Source of the DNA: Amoeboaphelidium protococcarum X5
Taxonomy: Eukaryota > Fungi > Aphelidiomycota
Length of the DNA stretch: 64,000 nt
Assembly: GCA_023515725.1 (NCBI GenBank)
Contig: JALDTO010000192.1
Location: 496,001 to 560,000, forward strand
Direction of reading: 5' to 3'
The notes beneath the pieces were generated by a model. That model was not told the DNA's origin. It saw nothing but the letters and a program-made list of their open reading frames with translations, and did not search any database. Below, one piece after another: positions 26,512-39,275 of the stretch; within the stretch, counting starts at the first letter, position 1; each line of letters begins with the position of its first letter. The position numbers and the translations under genes are program-made.

Positions 26512-27002
26512 TTTATAAAGGGTTTGTATTGCTAATTAATGATGTAGTTGTCAAAATGTAGACATTGTAAATCTATGGGAATGTGATGACTCTGAATTTA
26601 TGCGATTGCTGATAGTTCGTTGAGAGTTGATGGCAACGATGATGATCGGCATGACGCACAATCTGAATTTTACCTGGCCAACACCATGGGAATAGGCAAC
26701 GTTTCAACTAAGCCATTAGCAAGCGAGAAACCGCTGTGAACAGAGAGTAAACGATTTAGTATGATTCTTAAGTTGCTAAGTTTGAATTGCAATTTGAATT
26801 TGGTCACTTCAGAATTGACTCTGTCGATACTACCTCCAAGATAGTACCCGTTTCAATAGGATAGCTTGTTCGCCGATAGATTGAGCGATACAACATTTTT
26901 GTCGTTAGTAGTTCTGATGATGACCGAGCAAATTTTGAAAGAACTGGAATAGAAGTAATGACTTTAAAGACTCTATTATGATGGTTAATCTCAATTCTTC
27001 AA

Positions 27003-27515
27003 TCAATTGCTAGCAGCTGATTCAGCAGTAATTGAGGCAGGATGAACTTCCGTACCAGCTTTTTAGGAAGGCATGCATTGCTCATGTTCACTGGCGACAA
27101 AGTACACAACGCAATGCCCATTATTATAACCCACTCCAATGAAACGCTAATCGTAATTGTAACGCGTACCTCTAGATATTGCCTGTTTAACTTGGTCGAA
27201 AGCTTCCTGCGGAGTTTTAATGTTCTTCAGAATCTAGACAATATGTGTAGTACCATTGAACCCATTAGCCTAGCTTGGAAAGTACAAATTTCTTCCATCA
27301 GTGTGGTTGTAGGACTGACCAGATGCTTCTATATCAGCCAATTCTTGAGCGGCTTCCATCAGCTTCTGATTCAAACAAAACACCGATCTTGTTTCAGGGC
27401 GAATTGCATTGAAGAGATCTACGAGCGTGTCAGCAAAGGTCCTGGTCTACTCCGAGACAGCCACAGCACAGTGAGCAATGGAGGCCAAAGACACCAAAAA
27501 GAGTAAGACGTGCAT
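27003..27515 (-). CDS. Secreted divergent CAP/SCP-like protein, 170 aa (paralogue of 26008-26511)
   Basis: MHVLLFLVSLASIAHCA; LVDLFNAIR..FCLNQKLMEAAQELA; GRNL; QRFIGVG. Absent from the standard-code track. Confidence 0.7.
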
Positions 27516-27912
27516 TATGTATTGTTATTATTTATAGTTTAGAAAATGTTTTAAATTCTTAATTTATCAGAGGAAGAGATGTAGATTAATCTCTGTCAGC
27601 TTTTAAACGGAGAATTTAAAATTCCGCCAAGTGATGCGACGTTATCATCGAGGTTGCATTGTAACTCAGTCAAATTTAGCGCGTACTTTATTGCATTGTA
27701 TTTCATAGGTCATACTAGCTGAGCTCAAAATTTCATATTTGAGTTCCGCTTGGCTGGATATCAACAAGAATATTATTGAAACTATGTAAGTAATATTTCA
27801 GCTCGCTTTTGATGTCAGCGAGATAGCTTAAACGATTTCTTAATTTTTTCTCTTTACAATCTTTCAGGTTATCAAAATTCAGGTGACATAACTATTCAGA
27901 ATCGTATCACTT

Positions 27913-29691
27913 ATGCTGATATTTGGCGAATTTGATGAGTTAAAAGGTCCTAGTTGCCTGCACAAGTAAAATGTTGAAAATGGTGTCGATCATTCACAAT
28001 TGATATATGAGGCTCTAACTGTCGATCCATGTGCACTGAGTGATGATCCGCTAGCTGAAGATTCGTTTTAAGTAAGATCTATGGTGTCCATTAAAGAGAT
28101 GAACAATTACCCAGGGCCAAATTGCTGGATATATAAATACTACTTCGATCTATATGATGTACAAGCTCGTGGTGCGACGCGTCGCTTGTGTCTAATAATG
28201 GACTACAGTCTGGGTGAAGATGTTGTTACTAATGCCATTTGGCGCCTGCAACGCGCGTCTATTGAGTCATTTTGTGGTGATATAGACTAATTATAGAAAA
28301 GCATATCAAATGACTAATTGGACATGTAGTATTATCTGGATATAGGTTAAATCTTACGAAATTCCTTGTTGGGCTCCTGTGTACCAGAGAGTGTGAAATC
28401 TCACAGAGTGCTTTAGAACTTCCCTCGCGATGTCAATGAACCTTTATAATCCATTCAGGAGCTGGTTGGGCATTAGAACTATCAATCTTTTATCAGTGAT
28501 GTTGCTGAGACTTGTGCATAATTCAACATAAATCATAGTCTCAAGATGGTCAACATATCTCACGTGTCCAGCTTACTATTCAGTTTGCTATAAGGATCTT
28601 GTATAAAGTTGATTTACAATAAGAGTAATGAGGTACTGGTTAATAATCTGGCTGAATTTCTGCATAATATGTATTCACTCTTGACTGGGTCGCAGTTAAT
28701 GCAGAACACCATTGTTTTGATGAGTGATACTCAAAACGCAATTATAGAGCCTTTCGCCGCAACTTTTGAATTAGAAAGTGACAATTACCAGGGCAAAGTG
28801 TATTGTGGCAGTATACTACTAGTATTATTGTAAAAGATATTCAGGGTTTGTAGTTAATAATCAGGTGTAAGTCATACCTACCTGAAAGCTGTAATTAGAG
28901 ACTTTAAACTGTCGCTGGAAATGCTCCATTGCGGAAATATTGATTATCGGTCACTTGATGTCGATTGGATATTTAACATGATAACCCAATAGGACAAATA
29001 ATTATCAGATGAGTAGTTGCAGAGATTTAGATCGCATACGCACAATGGAGATGTTGAACAGATGTATAATCCTAATGATGCGTCTTGGAAGAAATTGATG
29101 TGTGGAAAGTAGAGAAGACGGTCCAACGCGTGGAATGATGCTTCAGATGGGCCAGATCTTTCCTAGTAAGCAATGTCTAGTAGTATGTTTGAACTGAGCA
29201 CTTATACTCTGCCTACAAAGAAATCTTAGCGCTACTCCTCCATGGCTTTATTACCTACTAGTGGTGTATCAACTTCAACATCACCCACCACAAATGATGA
29301 ACGGGGTGACGCGTAGTCTGGAAGGAAAAGCACATCCTCTCTGGCTCTGTCTCACATTCCCAGTAATAGCAGTGATTCCCGTTCCATTCACGGGACATTT
29401 ATCACTCCGCTAACAAAGACTTCTTAAGGTGATGGTAGTGGTCGCGTCTAAGCATCTCTTCACGCTAATAGCAATATACTATAGAAAGATATTAAAAGAT
29501 GGGTCAACATTAGCAATGGATGGTTTAAAAAGAACTAATCTTAACAGTCATAATAAAATTTGAGGTCAAGTGAGTATCAACAATCTGGTCACTAGTTTCA
29601 GTCAATTGCATCATACCAAGTAGATAATATTGGATCACTTCATCCCCAAGACTAACATATACTAGACGTTATTTCGAAAACTGATAGTTGA
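27913..29691 (+). CDS. Longin/uDENN protein of the SMCR8/folliculin type
   Basis: EFDELKGP and LYDVQARGATRRLC resemble SMCR8 EFSEQVGP and LYDLEARGFVRPFC. A possible upstream mini-exon starts at 27784, with an intron to 27867. Confidence 0.65.
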
Positions 29692-29874
29692 ATATAAGGC
29701 ATTATAAACTTAGTCATTTTTTTCGGCGATCTTTGATCTAAGAATTTTTTTCAAGTTTTTCATCCCTTTCACAGAGGCTTTTTGTTACTTTATTGTCAAA
29801 ATCACCTTAGTAACTAAACTGACACGGAATATCTTATTCAGGATCTACGTTTACCTGGGAGAGATTCAGCTGGT

Positions 29875-32800
29875 ATGGTTTAGAAAAAGAAATAGTAAAA
29901 GGCTGGTGCTGATGAGAATTTAAATCGCTCCAATTACCCTTTGGATACGGACAAGTACCACTTGCTGCCCGCGTTCTTGCAGAATAGAGGTCTGATTAAG
30001 CAGCATATTGACTCGTTCAACTTTTTTATCCAAGTGGAGTTAAAGAAGATCCTGGCTGCTAATCGAGTCATTAGATCTGATATTGATCCTCACTTCTTTC
30101 TGGAGTTTAATGATATCCAGGTAGGAAAGCCGTCGGTGGAAGATAACATGATGGAGAAGGACGTTATGCCTCAAGAATGCCGCCTGCGTGATCTGACATA
30201 CTCTGCACCTATTACGGTAGATATCAGGTACAAGAGAAATAAGAATCTGGTTATCACGAAAGGTGTCTCTGTCGGACGTATGCCTATTATGCTGCGATCT
30301 GATAACTGTCACTTGGCCGCGTTGAAGACTGAGGCAGATTACATGGAGAGATACGAGTGTCCGCTGGATGTTGGTGGATATTTTATCACGCGAGGTACAG
30401 AGAAGGTGATATTGATTTAAGAGCAGCTGAGCAAGAACAGAATCATTATTGATCAGGATAGATTTGGTTTTCCTGAGGCTAGTGTCACCAGTAGTACGAT
30501 GGAGAGAAAATCTCTGACTAAAGTGTCGATGAAGAATGGCAAGGTGTATCTGAAGCATAACTGTCTGACTGAAGACGTCCCAATTGTTGTCGCCTTGAAA
30601 GCTATGGGTATTACGAGTGACAAGGAGGTGGCCTAGATGATTTGCGGAAATGACATCAAATTGTTGGACTCTTTCTCTCCGTCACTGGAAGAGTCCTCCT
30701 AGATGGACCTTCATACGCGCAATCAGTGCTTGGAGTATGTGGGCACGAGAGTGAAGTTGTCGCGCGGTACTGGATGGGCTAATAAGTCTATGAGTATCAA
30801 GAAACCACCTGCTGAAGAGGCTTACAATGCTCTAGCTGACCTGGTACTGGCACACGTTGCTGTGAATGACACTAATTTTAAGCCCAAGGCCGCTTATCTG
30901 GCTCTAATGGCTAGACGCGTTCTCTTGGCTCTGCATGATAAGACTCAGATTGATGATAGAGATTACGTGGGTAATAAGCGATTGGAATTGGCCGGATAGT
31001 TACTCTCTCTCCTCTTTGAAGATTTGTTTAAAACGTTCCAGCATCAATTGAAGTCGCTTATCGACAAGACTTTGTAGAAACCATCGAGAGCCACCGAGTT
31101 TGATGCTTCTCGCTTCCTGCCGTTGGCATAGTCCACTATAACTGATGGTCTGGTACGTGCTATATCCACTGGGAATTGGACTTTGAAGCGATTCAAGATG
31201 GAGAGAGCTGGTGTGACGCAGGTGTTGTCTCGATTGTCTTATATCTCCTCCCTGGGCATGATGATGCGTATCACCTCTCAGTTTGAGAAGACGCGAAAGG
31301 TTAGTGGTCCGCGTTCGCTGCAAATGTCCTAGTACGGTAGGATATGTTCTAGTGACACTCCTGAAGGTGAAGCGTGTGGATTGGTGAAGAATTTAGCTCT
31401 GATGACTCATGTGACGACTGACCAGGATGAAGATGAGTTACTAAATTATGCATACTCACTGGGTGTTGAGGATATCTCTCTACTCAATGGCTTGGAGATC
31501 CATGCTCCTGTAAATGGCCATCAACCATTTATGGTCTTCGTCAATGGTACGCTTATCGGTATTCATGTTAGGCCAGATATTCTTGCCGCAAAATTGCGCA
31601 CTATGAGACGTAATGGAAAGATTAATGAGTTTGTGAGCATCTCGCTGAATCCCAATTAGAAGAGTGTTCACATATCTGCTGATGGTGGTCGTATTTGCCG
31701 TCCGCTTATCATTGTAGACAAGAAAGGTCAGCCTTTAGTGAAGGATAAGCATATGAAAGAGCTCACCAGTGGAAAAAGAGTGTTTTAAGATTTCCTCAAG
31801 GATGGCCTGGTGGAGTATTTGGATGTAAATGAAGAGAACGATTCCCTGATTGCCATGTATGAGAGTGAGATTATACCCGGCGAGACTACTCATGTGGAAA
31901 TTGAGCCTTTTACTTTATTAGGAGCTGTCGCTGGTATAATTCCATATCCTCATCATGATTAGTGTGCGCGTATTACTTTTACTTGTGCGATGGCTAAATA
32001 GTCTCAGTCTATATTAGCTTATAATCAGTTTGCAAGAATTGATACTCTCCTCTAAGCTTTAGTCTACCCGCAGCAACCTATGGTGAAGACTAAAGCAATT
32101 GAGTTGATAAATTATGACAAGCTTCCTGCTGGATAGAACGCCATTGTGGCCATCATGTCCTACTCTGGCTATGATATTGAAGATGCTTTGATTCTAAGTA
32201 AAAGTTCCTTGGATCGCGGCTTCGGTCGTTGTGTAGTGTCCAAAAAGTTTTAGTGTAGTCTGAAGCAGTATAGCTAGTAGAGTTACGACAGACTTGTCGG
32301 TCCTGTCGCTGATGCTAATGGAAACATTGCGCAGAAATTTGCATGTCTCGACCGTGACGGTATAGCACATGTAGGATGTGAGATTATGAGTGGACAAGTG
32401 TACTTGAATAAACAGGAACCGAAGGAGAAGAGATCAGATTTCGCAGCAAATGATAGTGGACCGTCATCTATCACGTATCTGAACTCACCAATGTCATTCA
32501 AGAGTCTAAAAAGCGCCCATATCGATAAAGTTATGGTGTCCGCTAATACAGAGTCTAGTATGAATATTAAGGTGAATATCAGGTAGACGAGACGGCCTGA
32601 ATTGGGTGATAAATTTGCCAGTCGTCATGGTCAGAAGGGTGTATGCGGATTGATTACCCCGATGACCGACCTGCCGTTCTCCGATTAAGGCATTACGCCT
32701 GACATCGTGATGAATCCGCATGGTTTTCCGTCTAGAATGACTGTTGGTAAGATGATTGAGCTGTTAGCTGGTAAAGCTGGTGTGTTGAAGGGTGAGCTGT

Positions 32801-34641
32801 AGTATGGTACTGCATTCGGTGGAAGTAGAATCGAGGATATGGGCAAGATTCTGGTGGATCATGGATTCAATTATGGCGGTAAAGATTACTTGACAAGTGG
32901 TATCACTGGAGAACCGTTGGAAGCTTATATTTTCTTTGGTCCTATATTCTACTAGAAATTAAAGCATATGGTCATGGATAAGATGCACGCTCGTTCGCGT
33001 GGTCCGCGGTCAGTGTTGACTCGGTAGCCACTTGAAGGTAGAAGTCGTGACGGTGGATTGAGAGTGGGAGAGATGGAGCGTGATTGTGTTGCTGGAGATA
33101 GTGCTGTGAGTTTGAGACATTTCAGTGTTCGTATTGATGAGTTATCAAATGATGCGCATGCAGGTTTGCTATCTTATAATGAACAGACTCAGGGCATGGA
33201 AGTAGATACTCAAGTCGCTTGGTTGAATAAAGAAGAGCGTGAGTGTGTGCGTCTGAATTTTGAGGATGGTTCTCATCTTGACGTGACCCCAGATCATAAA
33301 GTCATGTGTTCTGATGGTCAGTGGAGAGCTGCATAGGACGTTATGGGAATGCGCGTTTGTAAAGGCTTAGAACTACCTCTTGTCTCTATTGGCGATGAAA
33401 TGCGTCAATGTAATGCTAGTTCTGCTGATGAATATTAAAATCTTTGTATTTTGCATCGCATACTCGGATATGTTATGGTTGCTGGTACATTCTCTGATCA
33501 ATCCACATGCAAATTTAATGTGTAGCATTAGATCGATGCATCATCTATGCAGTAAGACTTGTATTAAATCTCTGGTTAACTGATAGATATCTGTGTGGAT
33601 TAGAAAGGCTTTTAGTTGATTGTGCCTGAAGAAGTATTATGTCAATTGTCATTTATATATCCAGAGATTAGAGATAAGGCTGCAGGCTCTTCTTTTGTCA
33701 TGCCGCCCATAATGCTGCATCCAGGATACCCAATACCTTTGCTACGTGAATTTGTGGCTGGATTGTTCGGCGGTAGTGGTTCTACTTTATAGCTAACTCT
33801 TGATGGCAAAATGGATTCACTGACATCTTTTACGTTCGGTTAATCAGCAAGTATCGAGCATGTCTAGTCTCTTTAATCATCCGAGTGTAATATCAGATCA
33901 GTGCTTGTTAGGCTTGGTTTGGATGAGTAAGACGTTCATATCGAAGATCTAAGTCAGTGGAATTCACAACGCGACAAAGGATTGGTCGCAATTGGTAACG
34001 ATTGCTATGAAATTGGTATTCGTATTGATAAGTCGCAATTAATAAAGTTCCACTAGGCTGTTGGTTTCAGATATTGTGTGCTCAAGAGCATGAAGCTGTA
34101 GGCTATTGTATCTTACCTGCGTCACGTGGAATTTATGAAGCAGTAGAATAGCAAAGTAGTCGATCAATGTTCGGGCGAGAGTCCTATTGTCTCTGGCAAT
34201 AAATAAATTACCAGCGATGCATAAAAGTATCTGTCTGACATTAGCGCTGACGTTTATTTCACGGAGTCTGATTTGCTTTGCGAATAACAAATGTTACCAG
34301 TGATGAACGTCAAGGTAGTTGATGTGCAGAAGATTGGCTTGAAAGAGGTCTTTGATATTCAGGTGCACAAGAATCACAATTTCCTTGCCAATGGAACTGT
34401 GGTACACAATTGTCTTGTTGCCTATGGTGCATCGCGACTCCTGAATGAGCGTCTGATGAAGTCGAGTGATGAGTTCACCGCTCATGTGTGTGAAGGCTGC
34501 GGTCTGATTGTATACGAAGGATGGTGTTCCACTTGCAAATCTGCACAGCATATTTCATCACTCAAGATGCCGTATGCTACCAAACTTCTATTCCAGGAGT
34601 TGTTGGCTATGAACGTTGCACCGCGTCTAAGACTTGAATGA
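29875..34641 (+). CDS. RPC2: RNA polymerase III second-largest subunit precursor containing an intein (1588 aa; ~1146 aa after splicing)
   Basis: [96 protein letters not shown] are RPC2/RET1-type motifs. Confidence 0.95.
33085..34410 (+). mobile_element. Intein (442 aa) with degenerate LAGLIDADG homing-endonuclease domain
   Basis: In-frame insertion GEMERD|CVAGDS...VVHN|CLVAYG. Block A Cys1, block B TPDH, block [21 protein letters not shown], +1 Cys. LAGLIDADG-like ILGYVMVAG and [10 protein letters not shown]; VGFRYC motif. Confidence 0.97.
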
Positions 34642-34699
34642 AATAAGCAATGAGAATAAATAGAATGCAACATTAAAATATTATGTATTTAAAGTATTA

Positions 34700-36400
34700 A
34701 AAAAGGTTAGACTACTAACGCGTATAAATGCGGGTCTTGACTTCTGGTACCTTTTTCAATTACATGGCTATTGGCTTCACCTTAAGCAAGGTTCTAATTT
34801 CATCTTCAGAAGCATAATCGCCAAAACTCAGGAAATCTAAGTAAGCAGAGCTACCAACATTCAATTGCATATGGCGTAAGAGAGCCTTAAATCTGCCACA
34901 ATTGACGCGAACCAACTGCTGCCATTGAACTTTGTCTGTAGCATAGAGGTCAAAAAACGCCAAAACGTCAAAATGGTGGCAGGCATACAACAGCAATGCT
35001 AAGTTGTCCGTAAAGCCAGCCAAGTAGTTGAATACCAGTACTGAATTCTTCGTCACTTTAGCAATCTTTACAAGCTGCTAGAATTCAGGCGAGTAGGAGG
35101 CATCAGCAGACAAATTTATGCGGTGAAGATGAGCTCTCTATTCCATCGGAGCCACCTACACTTCAAACTAAGCGGACAAAGCTCCCAAAACACCCTCATA
35201 GGCGGCCACCTCGCCTAGTACTCACGCTGTACACTCAGAGATGTACGCGTCATCCAAAATACGTTCTACTTGTGGCGTGAAATCGGCGGAGGTGACGATA
35301 TATGTGTAAAGGCTGTCCTTGTCTTTTCATCAGCAAGAAGTATCAACGTCCACCTCTCGTAACCATCAAGTCATCTTGACGCAGTCCATACTTAGTGGTC
35401 AACATTTCCATCAACCTTATCTTGATAGGGTCTTCAGGCACTCACTACAACTAAAAGGTCTATCCCAGCATTTCAGAGACGAAATGAGACGTAGCAAATC
35501 CAAAAATACATGAGCGAAACATGTTGTCAACAAAGATGGACTTTATTTCTTCATCCACGGCTGGAAGAGAACCACTTTTTTTATGTGAAATGCTCACTGG
35601 CTCCACTGTCAATCACCCAACTTCCTTTGCTACCGGCCTTTTAGCATCATGCCTAGTTAGCTTTCGCCCATACCTTCTGCCAAAACTGGAGCCCTCTTTA
35701 TACATCCGGCATGGTACTAAGGATATTTCATCTAAGACATTTACAAGTGTGCAAGCAATAGATGAAAGGTTCAGCTGATGAATATGCAGCCGTGCAGACA
35801 CATGGGATCTAAAATTCACGAGACAGCATATCCAGAAAAATGGCAACAGGCAGATTTTAGTTGCTCAGCTGGTTGAGTCGCAGTTTGAGGGGAGCGCACA
35901 AACCAGCTAATGTCTTTTTTTTAGGAAATAACTGTTCATTACGGCCATTCATAGACTAAAAATGACTTGTGGAATATCCATGGAATTATGGAATATAAAC
36001 ATAGTCTTCACGGATGTATAGAAGAACGTCCATCAAAGCTTGCTCCGTCTGAAGGTGATTTAATCAAATATTACCGCATAGCATTTCTAACGCGATGTCT
36101 CATGTATTATGTCTGACAGCATTTTTCCAAATACACATTTACCTTTAAGGAATCCACTTTTGCTTCTAGGGAGTCAACCTTGCATTCGACACTAGTGATT
36201 CTATTCTCCAGTCCTTCAAGCGTACCTTCCACCGTGGACACGCGTTAATTGACGGTAGGTATTTCAGACTAAAGCTCTCAACGCTTGAATTCGGCCTTAT
36301 CGAAGAAGAGCGTCTGCCTATCTTCGATTATCCCCAGCTTCGCAGAGCGAAACACGGCCAGAGTCTAGTGGATACGGCGGCCGACATAATCACTACATAA
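34700..36400 (-). pseudogene. Degraded gene with an N-terminal coiled coil, family unknown
   Basis: Heptad segment QRVSTVEGTLEGLENRITSVECKVDSLEAKVDSLKV (~36140-36250) flanked by in-frame TGAs; further coding-like blocks in changing frames down to ~34700. Confidence 0.35.
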
Positions 36401-37247
36401 AGCCCTAAATTTTCATTGGCGCTTCTAGCTATGGTTTTAGAACATGTCATTAATTCACTGTGGTGTATTCCGAAAAACGGTCTACCAATAGAGATTACAC
36501 TAGTGATGCACGTAACAAGCTGATCGAGTATAGTTACGCATTTTTAAGACAACATATTGATACAATACCAAAACGCCAATTTACGAGTATACAGTAGAAT
36601 AGCTGGATTTCCTGTGCGGTACAATATTACGTTTTGCTTAAAGCGGCATTACAATTCCATCTTCATTGCACGAAAACTATGCCAAATTGACACGCAGCAA
36701 CAGTTCTACAGCATTAGATATGCCTTATTCAAAATTCATATCCAGTTAAACGAACTCTTTATTCTTAGATACCGAAGAAGGGTTATACTTATGCGTTAAT
36801 TTATTTTAAAGCGAGTTTAACTACAGTGGAAAGCTATTCACCCAGAACTTATCTAATTCGAATATTAACGCAGTGACTGACATTCACTTAGTGCTCTCTC
36901 ATAGTTCTACCATTCTGGAACGTACTTACGCTTATTTAATAGAACTAATGGTCCAATTTCCATACAGAGCACATGGACAGGACCCCAATATACACTTCAA
37001 TAACACACCGCTTCATCGAGGTTGTATTTGCCTTAAATTTTGATTTCACAACCATCACATTTGTTCACAGTGTTGGGGAGGTAGTTGGGTGGATGTATGT
37101 GTGGGAAACATCGCGCCAAACTTTAAAGATACAGTATACACCGCAGAAAGATCAGCCTTGATTGAACAGCCACTTATCGTGCTCAAGGGGTCACGAGGGG
37201 GTACCTGCTGCCTAATTGAGCCATATTGATATCAAGTTACGACCAGC

Positions 37248-38157
37248 AGAACTCGGTGATAAATTCGCCAGTCGGCACGGTCAGAAGGGTGTGTGTGGAT
37301 TGATTACCCCGATGACCGACCTGCCGTTCTCCGATTAAGGCATTACGCCCGACATCGTGATGAATCCGCATGGTTTTCCGTCTAGAATGACTGTTGGTAA
37401 GATGATTGAGCTGTTGGCTGGTAAAGCTGGTGTGTTGAAGGGCGAGCTGTAGTACGGTACTGTATTCGGTGGAAGTAGAATTGAGGATATGGGCAAGATT
37501 CTGGTGGATCATGGATTCAATTATGGCGGTAAAGATTACTTGACAAGTGGTATCACTGGAGAACCGTTGGAAGCTTATATTTTCTTTGGTCCTATATTCT
37601 ACTAGAAATTAAAGCATATGGTCATGGATAAGATGCACGCTCGTTCGCGTGGTCCGCGGTCAGTGTTGACTCGGTAGCCACTGGAAGGTAGAAGTCGTGA
37701 CGGTGGATCGAGAGTGGGAGAGATGGAGCGTGATTGTGTTGCTGGAGATAGTGCTGTGAGTTTGAGGCATTTCAGTGTTCGTATTGATGAGTTATCAAAT
37801 GATGCGCATGCAGGTTTGCTATCTTATAATGAACAGACTCAGGGCATGGAAGTAGATACTCAAGTCGCTTGGTTGAATAAAGGAGAGCGTGAGTGTGTGC
37901 GTCTGAATTTCGAGAATGGTACTCATCTTGATGTGACCCCAGATCATAGAGTTATGTGTTCTGATGGTGAATGGACAGCTGCTTGATGAGTTCACCGCCT
38001 CATATGTGTGAAGGTTGTGGCCTGATTGTATACGAAAGATGGCGCTCCACTTGCAAATCTGCAAAGCATATATCATCACTCAAGATGCCGTATGTTACAA
38101 AACTTTTATTCTAAGAGTTGTTGGCGATGAATAAATCACCTCGTCTAGGACTTGAAA
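37248..38157 (+). pseudogene. Partial duplicate of the RPC2 3' region with a truncated intein
   Basis: 37248-37983 aligns with RPC2 ~32599-33333 (N-extein plus first ~83 intein codons), followed by TGA. It then jumps to the C-extein equivalent of ~34468-34638, with a +1 frameshift. Confidence 0.9.
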
Positions 38158-38318
38158 GGTTCTAAACATCTTAGATTGAACGCTTGCAAAGGATTACCAT
38201 GACAGTAAGTATGTATTCTATGTGCCAACTTGACCATTTTTTTGTTCGCAAATACATACCTTGTTTGGTTTCTCGTCAGTCTTCTTCCTTTTCGAAATCC
38301 AACGCCACGTCTTAAAAA

Positions 38319-39275
38319 ATGCAGAATCCAGCAAAGCCTTTTGCTGATCTTGTATGGGAATCATTACCAGCTGACACACAGATGCAGAAAGCCAGGGAAT
38401 ACATGAAGGCTTTTCGTCTGATGAACGATAAATTGGCCACTTCGCCTGACCAGGGCTTGCTTAATATGATTAAATCTGAATTCGAATGGAATGCTATTTC
38501 CCTGGTGTACTTTTCGAATCATATTGAACATACTGGGCTCTCAAGTGAAGAAACTTATTCTGTTTGTATTGACCATTTGAAGAATTCACCTCCAACAAGC
38601 CCGAATGATGATGATATTATTGATTAGGCCATACCACCTCCTGGGGCTGCATCGACGCACACAAGGAATCGAGTTGAAATTATTCAGCATATGGACGCGT
38701 TTTTGTATTTGTATGATCGTATTATTGTTAAAAAACGACCGTTGGATGAATAACTTATTATGAATGCGCACAAAATAATGATGAAAGGGCTTGTTGAAGA
38801 TGCTGGCAGCTATCGAAAATGTCCTGTGTATGCCGGAAATCATTAGTTTTTACCGGAGTATTGTGTTCCTAGTGCCATGTCTTCTCTCGTCGCTAATTAT
38901 AATGGCTAGTTAAGCTAATTGTAAATGGAAGCCGAGGAAATCCAGCAACCGTTCTATCTGGCCGCGAAATTATCTTATGAATTCGTCACGATTCACCCTT
39001 TCATTGACGGAAACGGGCGCTTATGCCGATTGTTGCTAAACATTGCACTTCTATCGATGTCTGTACCGTTTTGCTCTGCTCTTGGATATTCCTCTGGCCA
39101 TAAGAAAGCTAGATCTCATTATTTTCGGTGCATCGAACACGCGCGCTCTAATCAGGGATCTACTGTCCAGTTGGCGAGTGTTGTTCTGTATTCGTATTGT
39201 GCGGTATCTGCTGCTTTCTTTGAAAAAGTCCGTATTGCATTCCCGGAGTATTACTTTTTAAATTAGGATTTATGA
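38319..39275 (+). CDS. Fic/Fido-domain protein (putative AMPylase), ~318 aa
   Basis: Canonical HPFIDGNGRLCR motif; N-terminal SNHIEH resembling the Fic autoinhibitory motif; AGSYRKCPVYAG flap. An in-frame upstream ATG at 38199 is also possible. Confidence 0.92.

Noticed and set aside
37735-37986. Naturally split intein (N-half ending in a stop)
   Set aside because: The upstream extein is only a fragment with no start, the downstream part is frameshifted, and no separate C-half is visible. A deletion in a pseudogene is simpler.
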